A stretch of DNA of 64,000 nt, from positions 1 through 64,000 of the IMG/VR virus record IMGVR_UViG_3300035490_000323; one strand, written 5' to 3'. The notes under the pieces were generated by a model, which saw only the letters and a list, made by a program, of their open reading frames with translations, searched no databases and had not been told where the DNA came from. Positions 42,984 to 50,404 of the stretch are shown here, one piece after another. Both the position numbers and the translations under genes were made by a program. Within the stretch, counting starts at the first letter, position 1. Each line of letters starts with the position of its first letter. This DNA comes from a virus.

Positions 42984-42995
42984 CCTATATAATAC
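42984..42995 (-). promoter_or_regulatory. Putative phage promoter core GTATTATATAG driving the leader and tRNA operon
   Basis: The same 11-mer lies upstream of the tmRNA unit (39845-39855); GTATTA recurs before other - strand genes. Confidence 0.55.
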
Positions 42996-43097
42996 CTCCG
43001 GTAGTCAAAGTTCTCAGGATTTTTTTGCAGCGCCTACCTCAGGAGCAGGCCAAGCACAAGGATATAGGCCAGCACCGCCGCCACGAACGCTATCCCC

Positions 43098-43421
43098 TTA
43101 GCCCTTTCCTTCCACATCGGCCCTTCCATAGACCAGCCTGAGCCTCTCATTGCTGGCAAGCAGCTTCTCTGCCCTGTCGCACTGGGCGCACCCGCAGCCC
43201 TCCAGGTACGGGGGAGGAGAGTAGTCAAAGCTGCTGAAGAACACCCTGTGGCCCTGGCCGTCGTACCTGTTCAGGTCATTCGTCGTCCTGCCGCCCTTGA
43301 GCGGAATCTCATGGAACAGCACGTCCAGGCGGTGGGGGCCGCACAGCACGATGGCCTCCCTGTCGAACCATACGTGGTGCAGGCCGTCCGTCCTCTCGCA
43401 GCCCAGCTCCTCGCAGACCAT
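43098..43421 (-). CDS. Hypothetical Cys-rich protein
   Basis: MVCEELGC...LCGPH...CGCAQC; GAGG RBS. Confidence 0.5.
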   Translation of the reverse strand: MVCEELGCERTDGLHHVWFDREAIVLCGPHRLDVLFHEIPLKGGRTTNDLNRYDGQGHRVFFSSFDYSPPPYLEGCGCAQCDRAEKLLASNERLRLVYGRADVEGKG

Positions 43422-43433
43422 CCTCGTTGCCTC

Positions 43434-43724
43434 CTATGCCGTTGGCGTATCGTGGTTCGGGGGCCTCTGCGGCTTCCCGGCGTCCTTGGTATGCTGCCTT
43501 AGCTCGTCGATGGTGAAGGTCCTGGTCATCCACAGGATGCCCTGGATGAACCCTATCCACCTGCTGGCCTTGGCCCTGTCGGGCTGCTTGCCGCCGAGGT
43601 GGAGGAGCATCTCGTCCGCCATCCAGGCAGCGTGCAGCAGGGGGGGGCCTCCCTTGAAGGACCCGCATACCCTCTCCCCCAGGGCCTTACGGTAGAACTC
43701 CAGCAGCCTGCGCTCCCTGTCCAT
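43434..43724 (-). CDS. Conserved phage hypothetical protein
   Basis: HAAWM...KASRWIGFIQG...IDELRQH. Confidence 0.65.
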   Translation of the reverse strand: MDRERRLLEFYRKALGERVCGSFKGGPPLLHAAWMADEMLLHLGGKQPDRAKASRWIGFIQGILWMTRTFTIDELRQHTKDAGKPQRPPNHDTPTA

Positions 43725-44190
43725 GCCTGGCCTCCCCGCGTACCTTCATGAGAATCCTGCCTAGGTGGTTGTGCTTCTCCCTGCCCTCGCACTTGCGGCA
43801 CGAGCATGCGCCCCAGAAGTTGTCGTGCCAGTAGTTGCCCTCCACCAGCTCCTCCTCGCCGGTCGCCAGGAGCTTCTCCCGGAGGGTGGGGTAGAGGCTG
43901 AACTTCTGCCTGACGAGGTCCTCCATGATGCCGAGGCTGGCCTGCTCCCAGTCCTTGCGGAGGTGCCCCTGCGCCGTGAGCTTCCTGGCCAGCTTCTTGG
44001 CCTCGCCAGGGGTAGTCCCTATCCCGTCCGCCGACCTGAACAGTATCCTGAGGCCTGGGGCCAGGAACTTTGCCGCCTGGTAGGCATGCTCCACGGAGTC
44101 GTACGCCTCCCCGTCCAGCCGGACAGGGAAGGGCCAGTAGAAGTTCGAGCAGAAGTCCAGCCTCCCCCGGAACGTGGCCTCACGACTCAT
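43687..44190 (-). CDS. NADAR (YbiA-family) hydrolase
   Basis: SNFY...SVEHAYQAAKF...AKKL...W...M...KF...LLATG...LVEGN.WHDNFWG...NHLGRILM.VR. Confidence 0.9.
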   Translation of the reverse strand: MSREATFRGRLDFCSNFYWPFPVRLDGEAYDSVEHAYQAAKFLAPGLRILFRSADGIGTTPGEAKKLARKLTAQGHLRKDWEQASLGIMEDLVRQKFSLYPTLREKLLATGEEELVEGNYWHDNFWGACSCRKCEGREKHNHLGRILMKVRGEARHGQGAQAAGVLP

Positions 44191-44746
44191 AGTGCTGGCT
44201 CTCTCCCTCGCTGCTCATGATTAAGTAAGGGGGCCTGACGTGGGCGGCAAAGCTGGCCGAGACGGCAAGCGCCATGCGTACCTTTTCCTTGGCATGCATC
44301 ACCGGAAGGGTCGCCAGTGCCCCCAGGGCATAGGGGCTGCCGCACCCTACGGCCTCGTAGCCCCCCTTCCTCTCGAACACCTGGAGGTCGTTCTCGAACC
44401 GGAATATCCTGCCCTGGATGCCTGCCAGGAATATGCCTCCGCTGGCGGGGTCCTCCTGGGTGACGGTATACCCCCCTGCCCCGAACGCCTTCCTGATGGC
44501 GTCCACGAGGTCCACGGTCATGTACCGCATGATGTGCTTGTCGCTGCCCCAGTCCGGCTTCGGAACCTCAAGGCGGTGCTGGAGGAGCTGGGTCATCCTC
44601 AGCGAGCCCACGGCCCCTATGAGCAGGGGGCCGTTTATGAACACCTTCGGGTTCTGGAGGACTACGATGTCCTCGCCGTCCGATGCTGCGCTGTCGGCCC
44701 CCATCCATATGACATCGCCCCTCGCTACCGCTACGACACAGGACAT
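44180..44746 (-). CDS. HslV/proteasome-like Ntn-hydrolase peptidase
   Basis: MSCVVAV...MGADS...NPKVF...AVGCGSPYALGAL (N-terminal Ser where the family usually has Thr). Confidence 0.75.
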   Translation of the reverse strand: MSCVVAVARGDVIWMGADSAASDGEDIVVLQNPKVFINGPLLIGAVGSLRMTQLLQHRLEVPKPDWGSDKHIMRYMTVDLVDAIRKAFGAGGYTVTQEDPASGGIFLAGIQGRIFRFENDLQVFERKGGYEAVGCGSPYALGALATLPVMHAKEKVRMALAVSASFAAHVRPPYLIMSSEGESQHYES

Positions 44747-45228
44747 CCTTCCTCCTTCTTGGGCACGCCCAGGAGGGCAACCTGCCTGGCTATCCTCCTG
44801 GGGGGCCACTCTAGCTCAATACCGACCCTGCGCAGGGTGGCCGTCACGTCCACGCCGCCTGCCTCCGGGTTATAGTCTGCGGTATAGCCCTCGTGCCCCG
44901 GCTGCAAGAAGAACGCTACCACCCTGTTCCTGAGCTGCTTCCTGGCCCGGGGCTGCCAGTACCGGCAGTTCCTTAGCTGGCGGTCCGTCCACTTAGGGTG
45001 CCGTAGGCGCATCCTGAGGACATGCGATGCGAGGTCGAACTCGTTGACGACAGCGTAGACGGGCCTGGAGAGGTCGAGCCTGTCGGCAAGGGAGGGGCAC
45101 GGGGGGCATCCAGGCTTCCTGCCAAGGTTAGGGCACCCCCTGGGATGGCCTGGGTAAGGCAGCCTGCACAGCTTGGCGGGGGAGTCGAAGAAGGCTATCC
45201 CCCTCAGCTCTGCCACGGTAAAGCCCAT
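44731..45228 (-). CDS. Predicted metal-binding protein (DUF2284-like)
   Basis: LCRLPYP...GCPNLG...CPP...PEAGGVDVTATL...IELEWP. Confidence 0.65.
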   Translation of the reverse strand: MGFTVAELRGIAFFDSPAKLCRLPYPGHPRGCPNLGRKPGCPPCPSLADRLDLSRPVYAVVNEFDLASHVLRMRLRHPKWTDRQLRNCRYWQPRARKQLRNRVVAFFLQPGHEGYTADYNPEAGGVDVTATLRRVGIELEWPPRRIARQVALLGVPKKEEGCPVS

Positions 45229-45608
45229 CAGTAGTCCTCTTCCCCTACTTCCATCCCCTGGCCGGGGCTGCTCTTGCAGCCACGGGAGTGGGGGTAGCCC
45301 GGCGTGCCCTTGGCACCGCACTCCAGGCACACCCCTGCTGCCCTGCGCCTTGCCTTCTCCCTGCTATACTGGGTAGGCTGCGGCCTGAGCCTTGGGAACT
45401 CAATCTCATACAGGTCGTCAATGGAGTCAAGCTGGTGTGCGACCACTACATCGTGGGGGCACTGGAGCGTAAGGCCGAACCAGACCCGGTGGAACTGGCC
45501 GACCCTCCACCCGAAGATGGTGTGGGCAAGGTACCAACTGCTGCCCACTGAGATGTCCTTGTTGTCACAGGTCCCGTCGAGCCTTATACGCCTTGACTTG
45601 ATGGCCAT
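45228..45608 (-). CDS. Hypothetical protein
   Basis: 126-aa ORF in an overlapping gene run. Confidence 0.5.
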   Translation of the reverse strand: MAIKSRRIRLDGTCDNKDISVGSSWYLAHTIFGWRVGQFHRVWFGLTLQCPHDVVVAHQLDSIDDLYEIEFPRLRPQPTQYSREKARRRAAGVCLECGAKGTPGYPHSRGCKSSPGQGMEVGEEDY

Positions 45609-45844
45609 TCCCCTGACTCCTTGACCCTTACCCCTGGCATCGTATGCAGGAGCGCCGAGAGGTGGGAGGGCCCGGTGCCGGGAAGCCCCATCAGGACGGA
45701 CATGGAGAAGGATTCCCCGTGGTCCTCAAGGACCAGCCTCCTGACCAGTGCCCCCTTGCGCCGGAGGGTGTTGAGCACCCGGCAGGGGAGTATGGGGTCC
45801 CTGTCGGTCTCCAGGGACACATGCCATGTCCTGTCGGCCTCCAC
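45584..45844 (-). CDS. Stand-alone ACT-domain protein (IlvM-like)
   Basis: DPILPCRVLNTLRRKG...LSALLHTMPGV; size and pattern of an ACT fold. Confidence 0.5.
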   Translation of the reverse strand: MEADRTWHVSLETDRDPILPCRVLNTLRRKGALVRRLVLEDHGESFSMSVLMGLPGTGPSHLSALLHTMPGVRVKESGEWPSSQGV

Positions 45845-45952
45845 AGCCCCTCCCCTACACTATACCTCGTGCGGGCTGGGTGCCAGGGCAATGCCTGCTC
45901 GGGCACCCATGCGGTTGGCGGGCTCGGTAAGGAAGGATGCTGGCGGGGCTTG

Positions 45953-46243
45953 TCATAGGGTGATAGGAAAGCTGCCCCCGACCTTGAGCGCGTTTGCGTC
46001 CGCGCCCGAGGCGATGGCTATGGAGGGGATGTCAACCTCCACCTTGGCGACACGGTTGGCCGGGACGTATACCCACTTGTTTTCCTTTTCCAGCTTCCTG
46101 AGCACGCCGAGGGTACCGAAGGAGGACATGGCCTTCAGGACCTCCAGGTCTATGGACTCACGGGTGGGGGCATTGGTCCTGAACTCCTGCACCTCGCCGG
46201 TGCCGTCATTGTAGGTGATGTTAAACCTGAGAAGGGTCTCCAT
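45953..46243 (-). CDS. Hypothetical protein
   Basis: 96 aa, AAGGAG RBS. Confidence 0.6.
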   Translation of the reverse strand: METLLRFNITYNDGTGEVQEFRTNAPTRESIDLEVLKAMSSFGTLGVLRKLEKENKWVYVPANRVAKVEVDIPSIAIASGADANALKVGGSFPITL

Positions 46244-46613
46244 GCTGCTCCTTTGCCTCCGGTAGGAGGGCTGGGTCGGTATAGGGCCCGACAGCCCCGG
46301 TCTTCAACCACTGGTCAAGGACGGGCAGGAGCCTTGACGTCAGGTCCGGGTGGGTGGGGTTGCACCAGCGGTCCGGTCCGATGTTGACCCATACCGTCTT
46401 GGGGTATACGTCATGGGGGAGAAGCTCGAACAGCTCCCGCTCCCCTACGACGACCACGACATCGGCCCAGTCGAAGAGCATCCTCTTGGTCGGCTCAGAG
46501 GTATGCCCCAGGCCTACCGCCAGGACATCCCGCTGCCCGTGGTTAATCTTGAGCAGCATCGCCAGCGATACCGACCTGCTGTTGCCGCCGTAGCAGCAGC
46601 AAAGAATCTTCAT
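46221..46613 (-). CDS. Low-molecular-weight protein-tyrosine-phosphatase-like protein
   Basis: ILCCCYGGNSRS (CX5RS P-loop), WADVVVV, IGPD. Confidence 0.75.
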   Translation of the reverse strand: MKILCCCYGGNSRSVSLAMLLKINHGQRDVLAVGLGHTSEPTKRMLFDWADVVVVVGERELFELLPHDVYPKTVWVNIGPDRWCNPTHPDLTSRLLPVLDQWLKTGAVGPYTDPALLPEAKEQHGDPSQV

Positions 46614-46617
46614 AGGG

Positions 46618-46830
46618 CTAGTAGTCCCTGATGGGGAGCCCGAGCATCTCTATGGCCTCGTGCAGGCCGTATGCCTCCCCCCTGCGGTACATGCGGTTCT
46701 CTGCGGTCTCCCCGCCGCCGTCGGCCGCCTTGACCCTTGCGTCCACGGAGCGGTAGGTGTCCTGTAGCTCCAGCACGGCCCCCAGGCTGACGAACACTTT
46801 CTGGTTTTGGACAGCTTTGTCCGTTCCCAT
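46618..46830 (-). CDS. Small hypothetical protein
   Basis: MGTDKAV..., AGGAGG RBS, GTATTA upstream. Confidence 0.5.
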   Translation of the reverse strand: MGTDKAVQNQKVFVSLGAVLELQDTYRSVDARVKAADGGGETAENRMYRRGEAYGLHEAIEMLGLPIRDY

Positions 46831-46859
46831 TTTCGTGTCCTCCTGCCCCTTAATACTGC

Positions 46860-48773
46860 CTAGAGGTCGCACTGCCCGTTGGAGCAGGCAATCTCCTTCA
46901 TGGCCGTGGTCTGGTCGTCCTTCTCGAAGTCCGTGAGCCTGGACCAGTCGAGGGGCGGCATCTTGGCCGCCGCCTCCCTGTACTGCTCCTCGGTTATCTC
47001 CGTGTAGGGGGCCTGCTGGTAGACGTGGTTGGTGTGCGGCAGGAACGCCACGCCCCCGACCTGGTCGAAGTGCTTGTGGACCCATGCCCCGACCTCCAGC
47101 CACTCGCTGTCCCGGACATAGATGGTGCAGCTCGGGTTATGCTCCGTCCAGTGCAGGCGGTAGGTGAGGTACATCTCTAGCTGCTCCACGGCGGTCATGG
47201 AGTCCTTCATCCTGGACCCCCTCGGGGAGGAGAGCGGGAAGAAGAACACGTCCACGTCGTTCGGCTTGGTCACGTCCGGCTCGTTCGGGACGCCCATGGC
47301 CTTCATAAACGCCCCCACGGGGTTCTTCCTGTCCTCCCGGATGGCCCGCATGTAGTGCTTCGAGTGCCCCCCGTGTATGCCTGGGGAGCAGCGGACAAGC
47401 TGGCTGACCGTGCCGCTCGGCTTGTTGCAGGTGACGGCGGCGGCGGGCGCTATGCCTATCTTCTCCGCCCACTCGGCGTTCACGGCCACGGAGTACTCCC
47501 TGAGCCTGTCGAGCATCCCCGCAAGCTCCGGGCCGTTCGTGGAGGTCAGCGGGTTGTCCATGACGCCGGAGAGGCTGACGCCCAGGAGGCGCTCCTCCTC
47601 GGCGTTCTTCTGCCAGTCCTTGCGCAGGTAGCGGAAGTTGGTCAGCGTGGCCTGGAAGGTGCCCAGGATGCTGGCGATGCGCACCTTGCGCCTCAGGCTC
47701 TCCTCGTCGTCCTCGGGGCGGGTGATGACCTCCGTGAGGTTGCACAGCCCCTTGGAGCGCAGGATAATCTCCCCGCAGGGGTTGAGCCCGAAGTCTATGT
47801 CCTTGGACTTCCTGCGGCCGCCGAGGGACGCCACCTTCTTGGTGGCCGCCTCGCGGTTGTATATCCCCCGCTCCCCGGAGCGGGACTCGCAGAGGGAGAG
47901 CCACTCCCGCATGAACATGACCATCTCGGGCTTCTCGGTGTAGACGGCGCTGTTGTTGGCGAGGGCACGCTGCTGGTTCTCGTTCTGCCACTGCCCGGTC
48001 TTGGCGTTGCGCATGCGGTCGTCGGAGAGGTTGCTAAGGCTTATCATGGCGGAGCGCCGGACCCCGCCGCTCACCACGATGTCGGCGACCATGCACATGA
48101 GGTCGTGGCACTCGATGCTGGTCAGCTTGCGGCCCGCCGCGTTCCTGAACATCTCGACGGTGAACTTGAACAGGCGGTTGAGGGGCCCCGGGCCGGACGC
48201 CCGGCCGCCGAAGGTCTTGAGGATGGAGCCCGCCGGCCGCACCAGGGAGAGGTCCCACCTGGGGATAAGCCCCCCGTACAGGAGGGCGATGAGCTGCCTG
48301 AACCCCGTCGCCCAGCCTATCTTGGAGTCACGGACCTTGATGACGGTGTCCTCGTCGTAGAAGCTCTCTGCTATGGTCGGCAGGCACTTGATATACTGGC
48401 GCTCCACGGAGAAGCCGAGGCCGACGCCGCACATGCTGATGTACATCGCCTCGTCGAAGCAGCGGGGGTCGTCGATGGCCATGTAGGCGCAGTTGTAGGC
48501 GGCAATCTCGTCCTTCTCCAGGGCCTTGCCCGCCGTCATCATGGCACGCATGGAGGGCATGACCTCCATTGCCAGGATAGCGGCCTCCAGCTCCGGCCCT
48601 ATGCCACGGTGCTCCTCCGGGATGCGCCCCAGGATGAACCCCATGTACCTGCGGACGGTCTCGGGCCAGTCCTCCCTGCGGCCCTCCTCGGGGAGCCACC
48701 TGGCGTAGCGCGACTTGAATATGTAGGACTGGAACGGTGTCATCTCGGCGCTCTGCGGCGTCGTCACGGGCAT
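46860..48773 (-). CDS. nrdJ: Class II (adenosylcobalamin-dependent) ribonucleotide reductase
   Basis: SRYARW...ETVRRY, YNC, GGVRRSA, NPCGEI, CNLTE, KPSGTVS, C-terminal CSNGQCDL. Confidence 0.95.
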   Translation of the reverse strand: MPVTTPQSAEMTPFQSYIFKSRYARWLPEEGRREDWPETVRRYMGFILGRIPEEHRGIGPELEAAILAMEVMPSMRAMMTAGKALEKDEIAAYNCAYMAIDDPRCFDEAMYISMCGVGLGFSVERQYIKCLPTIAESFYDEDTVIKVRDSKIGWATGFRQLIALLYGGLIPRWDLSLVRPAGSILKTFGGRASGPGPLNRLFKFTVEMFRNAAGRKLTSIECHDLMCMVADIVVSGGVRRSAMISLSNLSDDRMRNAKTGQWQNENQQRALANNSAVYTEKPEMVMFMREWLSLCESRSGERGIYNREAATKKVASLGGRRKSKDIDFGLNPCGEIILRSKGLCNLTEVITRPEDDEESLRRKVRIASILGTFQATLTNFRYLRKDWQKNAEEERLLGVSLSGVMDNPLTSTNGPELAGMLDRLREYSVAVNAEWAEKIGIAPAAAVTCNKPSGTVSQLVRCSPGIHGGHSKHYMRAIREDRKNPVGAFMKAMGVPNEPDVTKPNDVDVFFFPLSSPRGSRMKDSMTAVEQLEMYLTYRLHWTEHNPSCTIYVRDSEWLEVGAWVHKHFDQVGGVAFLPHTNHVYQQAPYTEITEEQYREAAAKMPPLDWSRLTDFEKDDQTTAMKEIACSNGQCDL

Positions 48774-49012
48774 AGGCCTCTCCCTCTCGCTTACCCTGCT
48801 GGGCTCTTCCGGTAGGGCATCTTCGTGCGGCTGATTAAGGGGGCGGTATTGGCGGAACGGTGTAACTGGCAGGTATACCGGACAAGCGGGTTTTGGCTAG
48901 CCTCTGGCAGATTTCAATGATGCGCTGGGTAAAGAGTTCGGGCATGGGCGGAAAAATAATTCCTGGGGGTATGGGGTCGTGCCTCCTGGGCTCGTCTTGC
49001 CCCTGACAATAC

Positions 49013-49744
49013 TCACTTCTTCTCAAAGCGGTCGCCTCCCTTGACGACAACAAACTGCGAGCCGACGAAGGACGCTGGCCTGGGGGCGGGCACGGCGGGG
49101 GGGGCGGCCTGCACGGGCTTCTCGGCGGGGGAGGGAGGAGGGACGGACAGCCCCGCCCTGGACACCACCCTCTCCTGGCGGGCCCTCTTGCAGGGGCAGA
49201 CGGTAAACCTCCACACGGGGTACTGCTCCGTGCGGGAGCCCTCCCCGTGGCACAGGGGGCAGCCCTCGATGCCCTGGGTGAGCTGGGGGACGGGGAACCA
49301 GGGGTGCTTCCTGGGGTCGTACCCCTGCGGGACGCCCTCTGCTATCTCCCTGGCGTGCCTCCTCACTGTCTTCAGCGACATGCCACGGGAGGCAAAGAAC
49401 CGCTCCTTCTGGACATCAGGGTCGGGGTGGAAGGCGAAGTGCATGCTGTAGCGCATCCGGGCGGCGGATATCTTCCCCTTGTCGTCCTCGATGTCCTCGT
49501 CCCACGTCTCCCACAGGACAGGCTTGCGTGGCGGGGGAAGGGGGGTATCCTGGCCCAGGCGGGTGGCGGCCTCGATAAGGGCGCTCGCGGCGGCTACAGC
49601 ATCCGGGGATGCCTCCGCAGGGACGGGCCGCCTGGAGACGAGCAGCCATGCGATGGCGGTGGGGCTGCACCCCATCGGGGCCTTGCTCCAGTCCCCCTCC
49701 CAGGACCTTGCTGTCCCGCTGCTAGGCATCTGCCGTGCCTCCAT
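49013..49744 (-). CDS. Replication-associated hypothetical protein with zinc finger
   Basis: CPLCHGEG...VCPCK (DnaC/DnaI-like Zn site); follows the initiator gene. Confidence 0.45.
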   Translation of the reverse strand: MEARQMPSSGTARSWEGDWSKAPMGCSPTAIAWLLVSRRPVPAEASPDAVAAASALIEAATRLGQDTPLPPPRKPVLWETWDEDIEDDKGKISAARMRYSMHFAFHPDPDVQKERFFASRGMSLKTVRRHAREIAEGVPQGYDPRKHPWFPVPQLTQGIEGCPLCHGEGSRTEQYPVWRFTVCPCKRARQERVVSRAGLSVPPPSPAEKPVQAAPPAVPAPRPASFVGSQFVVVKGGDRFEKK

Positions 49745-50399
49745 CGCTTCCCTCTCCTGTCACGCCTGCCTCCTCTGTTTTCTCCGGGCAGGGGGGGGCG
49801 CTTCCCTTAAGGGTTCTCTTAAGGGTTGATTGAAGGTGTTCTATTAAGGGTTTAGGTGGTTTAGGACCACTACCCCAGGGGTTTATAACCCCTACCCCAG
49901 TGGTCCTAAACCACCACCCCAGTGGTCCTAAGCCACTACCTGGGTGGTCCATAACCCCTACGTGGTGGTCTATAGCCCCCACCTCGCCTGCCGCCCAGGC
50001 GGGGTGGGCGAAGAGCAGCGTCCTGCCCGGCACCCTCTGGGTCCAGCCCTCGAACGCCTTGACCCCCTGCCTGTACTCTGCCTGTGCCTCCGGTATGTCC
50101 ACCACTCCCCGCAGGGAGTACCTGTTGCTCCCCTGCCACCCAGGGCGGCTGCTGTTGCACTGCCCCTCCGCCGTGGTCACGAGGTCGAGCGCCCACAGCC
50201 ACCTCATGGCCCTGATGACCGCCTTCCTGTCTATCCCCCCCAGCCTGTCCGCCAGGTCGCGGTAGGACGGCCAGCAGGCGTTCTCCGTGCTGGCCGTCCA
50301 GCACAGCTCCCAGGCCACGGCCCTCAGGGTGCCCAGGTCAACCCCAGGCACGGGGGGCAGCAGGGTGTAGTGCAGGGCGTCTGTGTGTCTGTTGCTCAT
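49722..50399 (-). CDS. Phage replication initiator (winged HTH)
   Basis: CWPSYRDLADRLG...AVIRAMRWL...LV...SNRYSL; internal iterons; adjacent to helicase. Confidence 0.7.
   Translation of the reverse strand: MSNRHTDALHYTLLPPVPGVDLGTLRAVAWELCWTASTENACWPSYRDLADRLGGIDRKAVIRAMRWLWALDLVTTAEGQCNSSRPGWQGSNRYSLRGVVDIPEAQAEYRQGVKAFEGWTQRVPGRTLLFAHPAWAAGEVGAIDHHVGVMDHPGSGLGPLGWWFRTTGVGVINPWGSGPKPPKPLIEHLQSTLKRTLKGSAPPCPEKTEEAGVTGEGSDGGTADA
49856..49985. repeat. Six ~22-bp iterons (GTGGT-N5-ACCAC core), putative replication origin
   Basis: Units start at 49856, 49878, 49900, 49922, 49944, 49965; AT-richer tract at 49805-49853. Confidence 0.7.
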
Positions 50400-50404
50400 C
50401 TTGC

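Noticed and set aside
42824-42995. T-box riboswitch as explanation of the tRNA operon leader
   Set aside because: No T-box consensus (GGTGGNACC) or stem I; too short; an RBS-led ORF overlapping the alternative stems fits translation-coupled attenuation better.
42985-43010. Canonical sigma70 promoter (TTGACT...TATTAT)
   Set aside because: The spacer is only about 8-9 nt, not 16-18.
49856-49985. Mini CRISPR array
   Set aside because: Repeats are tandem with no unique spacers and no cas genes; iterons fit better.
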